A DNA stretch of 64,000 nt, taken from contig CBDCRP010000002.1 in the NCBI GenBank assembly GCA_965221165.1, forward strand, positions 512,001-576,000. The letters are read 5' to 3'. Each line of letters opens with the position of its first letter. The stretch's first letter is position 1. Shown one piece after another: positions 1 to 9,513 of the stretch. The position numbers and the translations under genes were made by a program. Source of the stretch: a bacterium. GTDB lineage: Bacteria; UBA8248. The notes beneath the pieces were generated by a model. It searched no databases and was not told the DNA's origin. It saw nothing but the letters and a program-made list of their open reading frames with translations.

Positions 1-7
1 CATCGAT

Positions 8-748
8 ATGCCGATCCATTTGAGCAAAGCGGGTTTTTTCACCCTGGCACCCGATTATCGTGGTTACGGCGCCAGCGAAGGCGCTCGTGGACGCCACCGT
101 CCGTTGGAGCAAGCCCAAGATACCTACGACGGAATCACCTACCTACAAACCGTTGAAGGTGTGGACCCTGAACGAATTGGCCTGTATGGCACCAGTTTTG
201 GCGGCGCGCACGCCATTTGGGTGGCGGCGTTCGACGAACGGGTGAAGGCGACCGTCTCCGCCGTGGGGGTACACGACGGCGAACGCTGGTTGCAAACATT
301 GAGAAGGCCTTATGAATGGCTTGCCTTCAAGTCCCGAATCAGAGAAACCGCCCGAAAGCGCGTCATCACCAATGAGCGGGAAACGATTATCCGGCACGAT
401 ATTTATAGCGACGACCCGGACAACCCCAAGCCCCCGATGACGCTGGAAGAACACGGCTCCGAAGAAGTGCTCGAACTCGACTACGAAAGCGTGGAGTCGT
501 GTTTTCGATATCGCCCGGAATGGGTGGTCGGGAAAATCTCGCCCCGACCCGTTTTGTTCATCTACGGAGAAGAAGACGTCATGGTTCCCCCATCCGAAGC
601 GCACGCCTGCTATGCGGCCTGTGGCGAACCCAAGAAAATCGTCATGCTCCCCAAGGGACGCCATAACGACGTCTACCAGGTGAACAACCAACAGCTCTTC
701 GAGATGGCCCTGAAGGAAACGACTGCCTGGTTCCGCGAGTATTTATAG
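8..748 (+). CDS. alpha/beta hydrolase (CocE/NonD or peptidase S15-like), probably 5'-partial
   Basis: DYRGYGASEG, GTSFGG nucleophile elbow, Asp (EEDVMV) and His (GRHND) triad candidates; frame is open to the window edge. Confidence 0.85.
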   Translation: MPIHLSKAGFFTLAPDYRGYGASEGARGRHRPLEQAQDTYDGITYLQTVEGVDPERIGLYGTSFGGAHAIWVAAFDERVKATVSAVGVHDGERWLQTLRRPYEWLAFKSRIRETARKRVITNERETIIRHDIYSDDPDNPKPPMTLEEHGSEEVLELDYESVESCFRYRPEWVVGKISPRPVLFIYGEEDVMVPPSEAHACYAACGEPKKIVMLPKGRHNDVYQVNNQQLFEMALKETTAWFREYL

Positions 749-790
749 ATATCCCCAATAAATCATACACATCGGAGGTGATGCGAAAAC

Positions 791-1498
791 ATGGGCGCCA
801 CATTGATATTTCATGGACAATCGACGTTTCTTGTCAAAACAGACGGGGGAAAGAGCATCTACATCGACCCGTGGCTCGAGAAAAATCCCGTATGTCCGCC
901 TGAACTGAAAACACCACAAAAAGCGGATCTCATCTGCCTGACACATGGCCATTTCGACCACACGGCCGACGTGATTCCCGTTTTCGAGGCGAATCCATGC
1001 CCCGTGGCGGGCCACATGGACCTGATTCGCACCATCAGCGCCGAACACGACCTGGGCGTCCACGCCACCCCCATGGGAAAAGACGGCACGGTCGATTTCG
1101 GCGGCGTCCAGCTCACCCTCACCCATGCCTTTCACGGCGGCGCGTATGGACCGGAACTCAAGTATACGGGCGAGCCCTGCGGTTTGATTCTTACCTTCGA
1201 GGACGGGAAACGCCTCTATCACGCGGGAGATACCGCCGTTTTCGGCGATATGAGGATCATCGCCGAACTGTATGCGCCGGACTTGTGCTGCCTGCCCATC
1301 GGGGACAGGGCCACCATGGGCGCGCGACAGGCTGCGCTGGCGTGTGAACTGCTCAAGGCGAAGTGCGTCGTGCCCATCCACCATTCGAGCCTGCCCCATC
1401 TTACGGGAACGCCCGAGGCGTTCATCGAAGAAGTCGATAAAAGGGGCCTGGATACGGAAGTTATCGTCCTAAAGCCAGGGGAAAGCGTAACTGTCTGA
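791..1498 (+). CDS. metal-dependent hydrolase, metallo-beta-lactamase fold (UPF0173-like)
   Basis: IDPW, THGHFDH, YHAGDT, LPIGD and PIH motifs; GGAGG RBS. Confidence 0.9.
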   Translation: MGATLIFHGQSTFLVKTDGGKSIYIDPWLEKNPVCPPELKTPQKADLICLTHGHFDHTADVIPVFEANPCPVAGHMDLIRTISAEHDLGVHATPMGKDGTVDFGGVQLTLTHAFHGGAYGPELKYTGEPCGLILTFEDGKRLYHAGDTAVFGDMRIIAELYAPDLCCLPIGDRATMGARQAALACELLKAKCVVPIHHSSLPHLTGTPEAFIEEVDKRGLDTEVIVLKPGESVTV

Positions 1499-1509
1499 CT
1501 TTAATGATT

Positions 1510-1953
1510 TTACGCGCTTGGCCTCTCGATGAGTTCGAGCGTGTTACCATCCGGATCCTCGAGGTATACGACGAAGCCTCCCGTGTTGGGACCCTGCGTG
1601 ACGGGCACGGGCTCCGAGACGAACTTCACCCCCCTGGGTGCTAAGGTTTCGTACATCCCCTTGAGATCATTGACGTTATAGGCGATGTGCGCGCTGCCCA
1701 CGTTGTTCGTGGCCGTGTCTATCCTAACCCCCGGCGCACCCACGTATTCGACCAGCTCGATGTGGTAGCCCCCGCCCTTGATGTAGACGATGCGCAGGTC
1801 GGCTCCGGGGATGCCCGTTACCTTCTCGCTGTAGTTCTGGGGCCGGGTGTCGACCGAAACGATGGTAAAATCAAGCATTTCGCAGTACCACCGGGCGATG
1901 GCTTCCGCATCGGACGCCGTGAAACTCGTATGGTTGATGCTTATCAGACCCAT
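1510..1953 (-). CDS. VOC/glyoxalase family protein
   Basis: INHTSF, IELVEY, HIAY and DPDGNTLELIE metal-ligand pattern. Confidence 0.88.
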   Translation of the reverse strand: MGLISINHTSFTASDAEAIARWYCEMLDFTIVSVDTRPQNYSEKVTGIPGADLRIVYIKGGGYHIELVEYVGAPGVRIDTATNNVGSAHIAYNVNDLKGMYETLAPRGVKFVSEPVPVTQGPNTGGFVVYLEDPDGNTLELIERPSA

Positions 1954-2280
1954 CTCGCGCTTCCTTAAAAAATCGAATCTCGGGGATACACTCCCCCTCT
2001 TTTCTCCTCCAATTTCCCTCCATCAAATTGTCGCATATCGACTCTTTATCGTAAGACACGGATATAAATCCAGCCTTCCGTCAATAGTACGACTAAACGC
2101 GTTTTTTTATGATAACTATCTGTTTTTAATGATATATTTCTGTTAATGTCCTTTCTGTCTCCCCTTGTATTTTCGTCAAATTTATGCTTAAATACGCTCT
2201 CATTTGATGCCGGTCGTGTGCGTTTTGATTACGGATTACCCACACCCTCCGGCGCTGGAAACGATTCGCCGGGAGGGACC

Positions 2281-2900
2281 ATGCCCAAAAGAAGCGATCT
2301 CAAGCTTACCAAACGCGCCGTCGAAGCGAAAGACGCCGTGTTCTGGGACAGGGAGCTAGCCGGCTTCGGAGTGCGGGTCCACGCCACGGGCCGCAAGGTC
2401 TACGTGGCGCAGTCCCGTGGACCGTGGGGGCCCAAACGCGTAACGCCAGGTCGCACGGTGAGATATCGGCCGATGAGGCGAGGAAGCGTGCGGCCGGCGT
2501 CATCGACCGCATCAAGCGGGGCGAGGACCCGACGCCTAAGCCGCCCGAGGCTGCGCCCACGGTGTACGGACTGGCCGAGCGCTTCATGCGCTTCCACGCA
2601 AGCGCGCACTGCAAGCCGGAGACCGTCGCTACGTACCGCTCCGTGCTCGATGGACGCATCCTGCCGGCGCTGGGCGCGATGGCGATCAGTGAGGTCGGAG
2701 GGGCGGAGGTCTCGGCGCTGCACCACCAGCTCCGCGAGACGCCCGCCATGGCCAACGCGGCCGTGGATGTTCTCTCGAAAGTGTTCTCGCTGGCCGAGGC
2801 GTGGGGTCTGATTCCGGCCGGACGCAACCCGTGCCGGGCGGTGCGTCGCTACCGGACGCGCCTGAGTGAGCGGTTCCTGACGCCTGCGGAATTCCGGCGC
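2281..2900 (+). pseudogene. tyrosine integrase fragment (Arm-DNA-binding and SAM-like domains), frameshifted and lacking the catalytic domain
   Basis: LTKRAVE..WDRELAGFGVRV..GRKVYVAQ in one frame, continuing after a frameshift near 2445 as HGEISADEARKRA..NPC..ERFLT; stops before the R-H-R-Y catalytic region. Confidence 0.88.
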
Positions 2901-3062
2901 ATGAGGCCCCGGCAGCGGCGGCCTTTTTCGCACTCTGGCCGCCTCCGAACACCAGGGGCCGGAATCGTCTCACGGGACACGCAGCCCCCGGCCTTCGCAT
3001 CGTGTTGATGGATGAGGGGAAACGCCCATTGAGGCCGTTGAGAGCCGGACTCTGGAGGAGGG

Positions 3063-3215
3063 CTGCACGATGGTCCGACAGGGACGCTCCGGAGTGAGCG
3101 GGAGTTTGAATTGCTCCGCTTCCGTTTTGATTACATGCTGCAGGACGCGAATCCCGAATAGGAATGGGAACAATGAACCTTTCCCAATAACATCAACAGG
3201 ATAGAAGGATTCCAT
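3063..3215. repeat. diverged direct repeat, copy 1 (core; weaker similarity extends to about 3044-3250)
   Basis: Ungapped manual alignment with 20185-20337: 37 mismatches in 153 nt (about 76% identity). Confidence 0.88.
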
Positions 3216-3253
3216 CGTCGGCAAAAGCGCCTCTCCGCCTCTAAGCGGGCGGA

Positions 3254-3397
3254 AAATCACTTATTTACCCAGATGGCGACCCCGGCATTTTCTTTCGCAA
3301 GCCGATAAGCCTGATGTTTATGGTCCTGGGCTTGATCTACCTCATCAGCGTTTTCCTGAAGCGGACTTCCCTGTTGAAGAAGCAGCGTTTCGCCTGA
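3254..3397 (+). pseudogene. 3' remnant of a tripartite tricarboxylate transporter TctA-type permease
   Basis: Translates KSLIYPDGDPGIFFRKPISLMFMVLGLIYLISVFLKR...FA*, resembling the TctA C-terminal SL..SDGD..IFFxRPIS motif plus last helix; no start codon. Confidence 0.7.
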
Positions 3398-3445
3398 TCC
3401 CCGTTTTCATTAAAACTGGGGTTTTCTCCGCCCGCGTCCTGAAAT

Positions 3446-5542
3446 TCATCGTTTAAGCCGCATGATGATGTTGTCGAACGCATCCCTGGCGACGGCGAAA
3501 TCGGGGGGAACCAGTATGGTGGCGTCGAACTCCTGGAGGATGAACGGCCCTTTTTTCATGGATTCATCGAGCATGGAGCGGTTGATGAGTTTCGCAGCGG
3601 CCCAGCCCATCTCGGCGCCGAAGTAGGCTTGCCGCTCGCCCGTCCTGGTTTTCAGGATTTCAGGGAACTGGAGCGATTCCGGGAAGCGCGGCGTATCGGA
3701 AACGCCCGTGGCGACCAGGTGGAGGTTCACCAGTTCCACGAGTCCGTCGCCTCCCCGGTGGCCGTAGGTGCGCTCGTGTTCATCTTCAAAGGCCGCGGAG
3801 GCTTGCGCGAGCGCATCGCCTGGCGAGCCGTTCTCGGGCCATGGAATCGACAGCTCGTGCGTTTGCCCGTAGTAGCGGAGTTCACCGCGCCTGCGGAGGC
3901 GGCATTTCTCGCCTGGGTATCCCTCTTTAGAGAGCAAATCGCGCGCTTCGGCCTCAAGGCGCTCCCAACGGGCTTCGACCGACCCGGGGTCGAGTTCGTC
4001 GGTTCTTCCCAAAAGGGTTTGGGTGAAGTGGTGCTCCAGGTCGGAATAAAGCAGCCCGAAGGCGGAGAAAATACCCGAAGAGGGGGGGATGACCACCTGG
4101 GGAAGTTCCAATTCTCTCGCGACGGAGGCTGCGAACAGCCCCCCGTTTCCGCCGAAGGCGAACAGGCTGAAATCCCGAGGGTCCTTCCCTCGCTCGGTGG
4201 AGACTGAACGAATCGCCCGCGTCATGTTCGAGGTCGCGATTTGAGTGACGCCGTATGCGAGCGTCGTGATGTCGAGACCCAAAGACGTCGCCACCTTCTC
4301 GCCCAGGGCAAGCTCGGCGGCGGATGAATCGAGCTTCACCGAACCGCCCGCGATGCCTTCTGGGTCGAGATAGCCAAGCAGCAGACAGCTGTCGGTCAGG
4401 GTGGGTTCCACGCCCCCGAGTCCATAGCATGCGGGACCCGGATTCGCGCCCGCGCTCTTGGGTCCCACCTGCAGAGCGCCTCCCTTGTCAATCCATACGA
4501 TGCTGCCGCCGCCCGCTCCGATCTCCGCGATATCGAGCGTGGGAGCGCGCAGGAGATAGCCCCCGCCGCGCGCGAGGCGATTCAACTGGGAGAATCCGCC
4601 GCCGACCTCGTATTCGGGGGAGAAGGTCGTCTCGCCGTTTTCGATGAGGCTCGCCTTGGCCGTGGTGCCTCCGATATCCATGGTGATGGCGTTGTTCACG
4701 TTAATGCGCCTGGCGAGGTGATGCGCCGCGACGACTCCTGCGGCGGGTCCTGATTCGATGATGTGGATGGGCTGCGCCCGCGCCACCTCGGCGGTCATTA
4801 TTCCGCCGTTGGACTGCATGATCAAGAGCGGAGCCGTGAACTCCCGTGCGCGCAGGCCCGCTTCGAGCGATTCGAGATATTGCTTGACGACGGGCATCAC
4901 GAAAGCGTTGATGACAGTCGTGCTGGTGCGTTCGTACTCCCTCATTTCTGGGAGGATGTCCGAAGAGATAGAGACGTCGACCCCGGGATTTTCAGAACGG
5001 ATGATGTCGAGCACGGTGCGCTCATGCTCTGGATTTGCATAGGAATTCAAAAGACAGACTGCGATGGATTCGACGCCCTGGCGGGTGAGTTCGGCGGTGG
5101 CGCTTCGGGCCGATTCCACATCCAGAGCTTCGAGTACTTCACCCGTATGGCTCATTCGCTCACGCACTTCCGCGCGGAGGAACCGCTCCACCAAAGGGGG
5201 AGGTTTCGCCCAACCCAGATCATACTGGGTGGGGATACGTATCCGCCTTAGTTCGAGGACGTCCCGGAAGCCCCGGGTGGTGATGAGGCCGGTCAGCGCG
5301 CCTTCGCGCTCGATGATGGCGTTGGTGGCCACGGTGGTTCCATGGTCCACCTCGGTGCAGTTTCCGGCGGATAAATGGTTCTCCTGCAGCAGATTTTCAA
5401 GCGTTTCCAGGATGCCGCGCTCATAGGCGTCCGTTGTGGAGATCGCCTTCGCCGTGTGAACGCATCCCTGCTCGTCGATGAGAACGATGTCGGTGAACGT
5501 ACCTCCGATGTCCACCCCGATTCGAAAAGATTGTCCGTTCAT
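3446..5542 (-). CDS. hydantoinase/oxoprolinase subunit A (HyuA-like, ATP-binding)
   Basis: GVDIGGTFTD, HGTTVATN, EYERTSTT, ESGPAAG and GAGGGSI; start set at MNGQSF (5542). Confidence 0.93.
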   Translation of the reverse strand: MNGQSFRIGVDIGGTFTDIVLIDEQGCVHTAKAISTTDAYERGILETLENLLQENHLSAGNCTEVDHGTTVATNAIIEREGALTGLITTRGFRDVLELRRIRIPTQYDLGWAKPPPLVERFLRAEVRERMSHTGEVLEALDVESARSATAELTRQGVESIAVCLLNSYANPEHERTVLDIIRSENPGVDVSISSDILPEMREYERTSTTVINAFVMPVVKQYLESLEAGLRAREFTAPLLIMQSNGGIMTAEVARAQPIHIIESGPAAGVVAAHHLARRINVNNAITMDIGGTTAKASLIENGETTFSPEYEVGGGFSQLNRLARGGGYLLRAPTLDIAEIGAGGGSIVWIDKGGALQVGPKSAGANPGPACYGLGGVEPTLTDSCLLLGYLDPEGIAGGSVKLDSSAAELALGEKVATSLGLDITTLAYGVTQIATSNMTRAIRSVSTERGKDPRDFSLFAFGGNGGLFAASVARELELPQVVIPPSSGIFSAFGLLYSDLEHHFTQTLLGRTDELDPGSVEARWERLEAEARDLLSKEGYPGEKCRLRRRGELRYYGQTHELSIPWPENGSPGDALAQASAAFEDEHERTYGHRGGDGLVELVNLHLVATGVSDTPRFPESLQFPEILKTRTGERQAYFGAEMGWAAAKLINRSMLDESMKKGPFILQEFDATILVPPDFAVARDAFDNIIMRLKR

Positions 5543-5649
5543 GATCTCGATTTCTGAAGGCGGAAGCGCCCGGGAATGGCGTCCCACCGTGGTGTTATGA
5601 TAGCTTCCCGCTCTACTTTGATATTGAACCATCTTGGCACGGAGAACGC

Positions 5650-7368
5650 ATGCTTGAAAAGCGTCTGGACCCTGTGACGACATCCGTCGTGGAACGCGGA
5701 TTGTTCAGCGTGGCCGATGAAATGGCCGCCGTCATCGTTCGTACGGCCTATTCCCCCCTGGTCCGCGACCTGCTCGATTTCACCGTCGCGCTTTGCAACC
5801 CGCGAGGGGAGATGGTGGTTCAGGGCGTGGGAATGGCGATTCACCTAGGCGCATTGCCGACCGCTGTGGCCGCCATGCTCAAACAGTTCGAGGGAAACCT
5901 CCGCCCGGGCGACGCCCTCATCATGAACGACCCCTACGAGGGCGGTATGCACCTGCCCAACATCGTGCTCGTCACGCCGATATTCTGCGCCGATGAATTG
6001 ATGGGGCATGCGGTCGCCATGGCCCACATGACGGACGTCGGCGGCCACGTGCCGGGGAGCGTTCCGGTGAACAGCCGGGAGGTTTTCGCCGAGGGTCTCA
6101 GGATCCCGCCCCTTTTGCTGGAGCGAGACGGGAGACGCGATCAGACGCTGATGGCCTTGATCGAGAAAAATTCCCGGCTTCCGAGAGATTTTTTCGGCGA
6201 CTTGGAAGCCCAGCTCACGGCCTGCCGCCTGGGGGAGAGGCGTTTCTCCGCCCTGGCGCGGCGCTACGGCAACGAGGTGATGCGGGCCGCCATGGCGGGC
6301 TTGCTCGACCGAAGCGAGAAGATGGCGCGCGCGGAAATTGCCGCGATGCCCGATGGCGTCTATTCTTTTGAGGATTGGCTCGATAACGACGGCATGGATG
6401 GCGGGCCGCAGCGCCTCTTCGTTACCGTCACGATAGACGGGGATGATTTGACCGCCGATTTCACGGGTACGGATTTACAGGCCCCCACCGCCATCAACTC
6501 TCCTCTCGCATATTCGCGCTCGGCGTTCTATCTCGCGGTGCGCTCCATCATGAATCAGGAAATTCCCAACACGGCGGGTTTTTTCCGCCCGCTTCGGCTC
6601 GTGGCGCCGGAGGGAACGCTCGTTCACCCCAGCTTCCCGGCGGCCGTGGGCGCGATGGGCGTGGTGGGCTACCGGGTGGCGGATTGCGTTTTCGGCGCCC
6701 TGGGCCAGGCGGCGCCGCACCTTGTGCGGGCGGCGAGCGAGGGCGGCACCACGCGCTATACGGTGGGCGCTACGAAAAACGGCGCGCCCAGCATCCTCAG
6801 CGAGGCGCTCGTCGGCGCTTGGGGCGGTCATCCTCACATGGACGGCATCGACGGCGTGGCGAACGTGGCCGCCAACATGGCGAACTCGCCCGTCGAGATG
6901 GTGGAGAGCACCTATCCGGTATTGGTGGAGGAATACGCCTATGAGCCCGACTCGGAGGGTGCGGGTAAGTTTCGGGGCGGTCTGGGCGTGCGTCGAAAGA
7001 TTCGCATTCTCGCGCCCGAGGGTGGAGTGCTCCAGGTTCGATCAGGCAGGGCCGATCACGCGCCGTGGGGGCTTCATGGCGGCCACGACGGCACCATCTG
7101 CCAGAATGTTCTCGACCCCGACACCCCGAACGAGCAGCGTCTCAAGGGAAACGAAACGATTCACGTACCCGAAGGAACGGTGTATGTCCACGTCACTCCC
7201 GGAGCGGGAGGACACGGCCCGCCGCAGGAGCGTGAACCGGCTCTGGTGGCTCTCGACGTGCGGGACGGGAAAATCTCCGTCCGGCGCGCGCGGGAGGTCT
7301 ACAGGGTCGCGGTCGATGAAGCGGGTGCGCTCGATGAAGCCTCGACGATGAAACTGCGCGGCGAATGA
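5650..7368 (+). CDS. hydantoinase B/oxoprolinase subunit B
   Basis: RTAYSP, NDPYEGGMHLP, HMTDVGG, EGLRIPP and DSEGAGKFRGG. Confidence 0.93.
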   Translation: MLEKRLDPVTTSVVERGLFSVADEMAAVIVRTAYSPLVRDLLDFTVALCNPRGEMVVQGVGMAIHLGALPTAVAAMLKQFEGNLRPGDALIMNDPYEGGMHLPNIVLVTPIFCADELMGHAVAMAHMTDVGGHVPGSVPVNSREVFAEGLRIPPLLLERDGRRDQTLMALIEKNSRLPRDFFGDLEAQLTACRLGERRFSALARRYGNEVMRAAMAGLLDRSEKMARAEIAAMPDGVYSFEDWLDNDGMDGGPQRLFVTVTIDGDDLTADFTGTDLQAPTAINSPLAYSRSAFYLAVRSIMNQEIPNTAGFFRPLRLVAPEGTLVHPSFPAAVGAMGVVGYRVADCVFGALGQAAPHLVRAASEGGTTRYTVGATKNGAPSILSEALVGAWGGHPHMDGIDGVANVAANMANSPVEMVESTYPVLVEEYAYEPDSEGAGKFRGGLGVRRKIRILAPEGGVLQVRSGRADHAPWGLHGGHDGTICQNVLDPDTPNEQRLKGNETIHVPEGTVYVHVTPGAGGHGPPQEREPALVALDVRDGKISVRRAREVYRVAVDEAGALDEASTMKLRGE

Positions 7369-7378
7369 AGGCGCGCGG

Positions 7379-9511
7379 CTAGCATCGTCGTTTCGTCCGG
7401 CTCGTTTTCTTGCGCGTCATAACGAATCTGCCCAGAGAATCCACCTCCACGCGAAACGAGGGCGGGATGAGCACCGTGGAATCGGGTTGCTCGATGACCG
7501 CCGGGCCTTGAACCCGGTTTCCGCCTTTCAGAAGCTCTCGTTCATAGATGGGGCAGTCGATGAAATTTCCGGCCTCCTGGAAATGCACCCCCCGCTCGCC
7601 CTTGAGCGCCGCCTTGGGACTGTTGGGACCTGAGGCGATTTTTTTCGGGCGAATGCGGTCCGTGAGGCCGATGGCCGAGACGCGAAGGGTCACGGCCTGC
7701 ACGCTTTCCGCCTCATCGCAATAGCTGTACTGGCGCAGATGCGCGTCGTGAAAAGCCCGCCGCGCCTTGCCGAGCCACGCGGGGCCTATCTTTCCGCCGG
7801 GCAGCGGCACGTTGATCTCATAGTTTTGAAGCGGGTAGCGCAGGTCGGCCGAGCGCACGAGCATGCGCTTCGTCCGGGGCGCCTTTTCGCCTTTGAGCCA
7901 TTCGTCCGCCTCCGCTTCAAGCTCGGCCATGAGCGCGGCGATTCGCTCCGCGTTCTCCCCATCGAGGCTCAGCCGGGTGGTGGCCGTAAAGTCCGCTCTC
8001 ATGTCCGCCCAGAGCAGGCCGAGTGCAGAGAAAACGCCCGGCGCCTCGGGGATGATGATGCGCGGAATGCCGAGTTCGTTCGCCAAGTCGGCCGCGTGCA
8101 GGGGGCCCGCGCCGCCAAAGCTGATGAGCGCGAAATCACGCGGGTCATAGCCTCTGGCGACCGAGACCACGCGAAGCGTGCGAACCATATGGGCGTTCAC
8201 GACCTCGATAATTCCTGCGGCAGCTTCCATGGTGGAGAGCCCGAGTGGTTCGGCTATCTTCTCTTCGATGGCCTTTTCCGCGTACTCGAGATGGAGGCGT
8301 GATTCTCCTCCGACGAAATAATCCGGGTTCAGGCGGCCCAGGACGAGGTTCGCGTCCGTGACGGTGGGTTCCTCGCCCCCCCGGCCGTAGCAGACCGGGC
8401 CTGGTTCCGAACCCGCGCTGTGGGGGCCGACTTTCAGAACGCCCACGCCGTCCACCGAAGCGATGGAGCCGCCGCCCGCGCCGCATTCGGTCAGGTCGAT
8501 GACGGGCGTCTTGACGGGATATCCCGTAAAACGGACCGCCAGGGACTGGTGCATGCCCATCCCGATTTCGTATTCGGTGGTGGTCTTGTAGGCGCCGCCC
8601 TCAATCAGGCTCGTCTTGGCGGTGGTGCCGCCCATGTCGAAGGAGATGATGTCGGGTTCTTCGATCTCCCGCGCGAGGACGGTGGCGGCGATGACGCCCG
8701 CCGCGGGGCCTGATTCGATGAGCGTGTGGGGGCGTTCGCGCGCAGATGCGGGCGACATCAACCCGCCGGCGGAGTTCATGATGAGGAGCTTTTCGGGGCG
8801 GTGGCCGAGCTGGGATACCTCATCGTGCAGCCTTTCCGTGTAGCGCGCGAATATGGGTTTCAGGTAGCCGACGAGCGCGGCCGTGCTGGTTCGCTCGAAT
8901 TCGCGAAACTCGGGCGTGATGTCCGAGGAGGCCACGATGTGGCGGCCCGGAAGCGCGCGAAAGAGATGTTCTTTCACCCGAAGCTCGTGGGCGGGATTCA
9001 CATAGGAGAACAAAAGCGCGATCACCACCGATTCGGCGCCCGAGGCATCGAGCGCATCCGCGAGGCGGTCGAGTTCCGCTCTCGTCAGTTTGGTGACGAC
9101 GTCTCCGTTCCACCCCAGTCGCTCGTTCACCTCGAAGCTGAGCCGCCGGGGGATGAGGGGCTTGGCCTTCACCTCCTGCAAGTTATACAGACTCGGCCTG
9201 CGCTGGCGGGCGATCTCGAGAATGTCCCGAAACCCTTGGGTGGTGACCAGGGCGGTGCGTGCGCCCTTTGATTCCAAAACGGTGTTGGTGGCCACCGTAG
9301 TGGCGTGGAGGATGCGTCCCACCTCCTCAGGCGATATGCCTCGCGTCGCCCTCTGGAGTCCGTTGACGAAACAGCCCTCCAGATTTACCGGCGTGGTATC
9401 CACCTTGTAGGAGGCGATGAGCCCCTCTTGCTCTCCCATGAGGACGACGTCGGTGAACGTGCCGCCGATGTCGATGCCGACGCGGTATTTTTCTTCCTTT
9501 CTCGAGGCCAT
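7379..9511 (-). CDS. hydantoinase/oxoprolinase subunit A
   Basis: GIDIGGTFTD, EFERTST, ESGPAAG, DMGGTT and FGGAGPLHA. Confidence 0.93.
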   Translation of the reverse strand: MASRKEEKYRVGIDIGGTFTDVVLMGEQEGLIASYKVDTTPVNLEGCFVNGLQRATRGISPEEVGRILHATTVATNTVLESKGARTALVTTQGFRDILEIARQRRPSLYNLQEVKAKPLIPRRLSFEVNERLGWNGDVVTKLTRAELDRLADALDASGAESVVIALLFSYVNPAHELRVKEHLFRALPGRHIVASSDITPEFREFERTSTAALVGYLKPIFARYTERLHDEVSQLGHRPEKLLIMNSAGGLMSPASARERPHTLIESGPAAGVIAATVLAREIEEPDIISFDMGGTTAKTSLIEGGAYKTTTEYEIGMGMHQSLAVRFTGYPVKTPVIDLTECGAGGGSIASVDGVGVLKVGPHSAGSEPGPVCYGRGGEEPTVTDANLVLGRLNPDYFVGGESRLHLEYAEKAIEEKIAEPLGLSTMEAAAGIIEVVNAHMVRTLRVVSVARGYDPRDFALISFGGAGPLHAADLANELGIPRIIIPEAPGVFSALGLLWADMRADFTATTRLSLDGENAERIAALMAELEAEADEWLKGEKAPRTKRMLVRSADLRYPLQNYEINVPLPGGKIGPAWLGKARRAFHDAHLRQYSYCDEAESVQAVTLRVSAIGLTDRIRPKKIASGPNSPKAALKGERGVHFQEAGNFIDCPIYERELLKGGNRVQGPAVIEQPDSTVLIPPSFRVEVDSLGRFVMTRKKTSRTKRRC

Positions 9512-9513
9512 GG

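Noticed and set aside
3274-3287. TGGCGACCCCGGCA looks like the reverse complement of a tRNA 3' end (possible att core)
   Set aside because: It has no T-loop, is absent from repeat copy 2, and is explained as codons DGDPG of the TctA remnant
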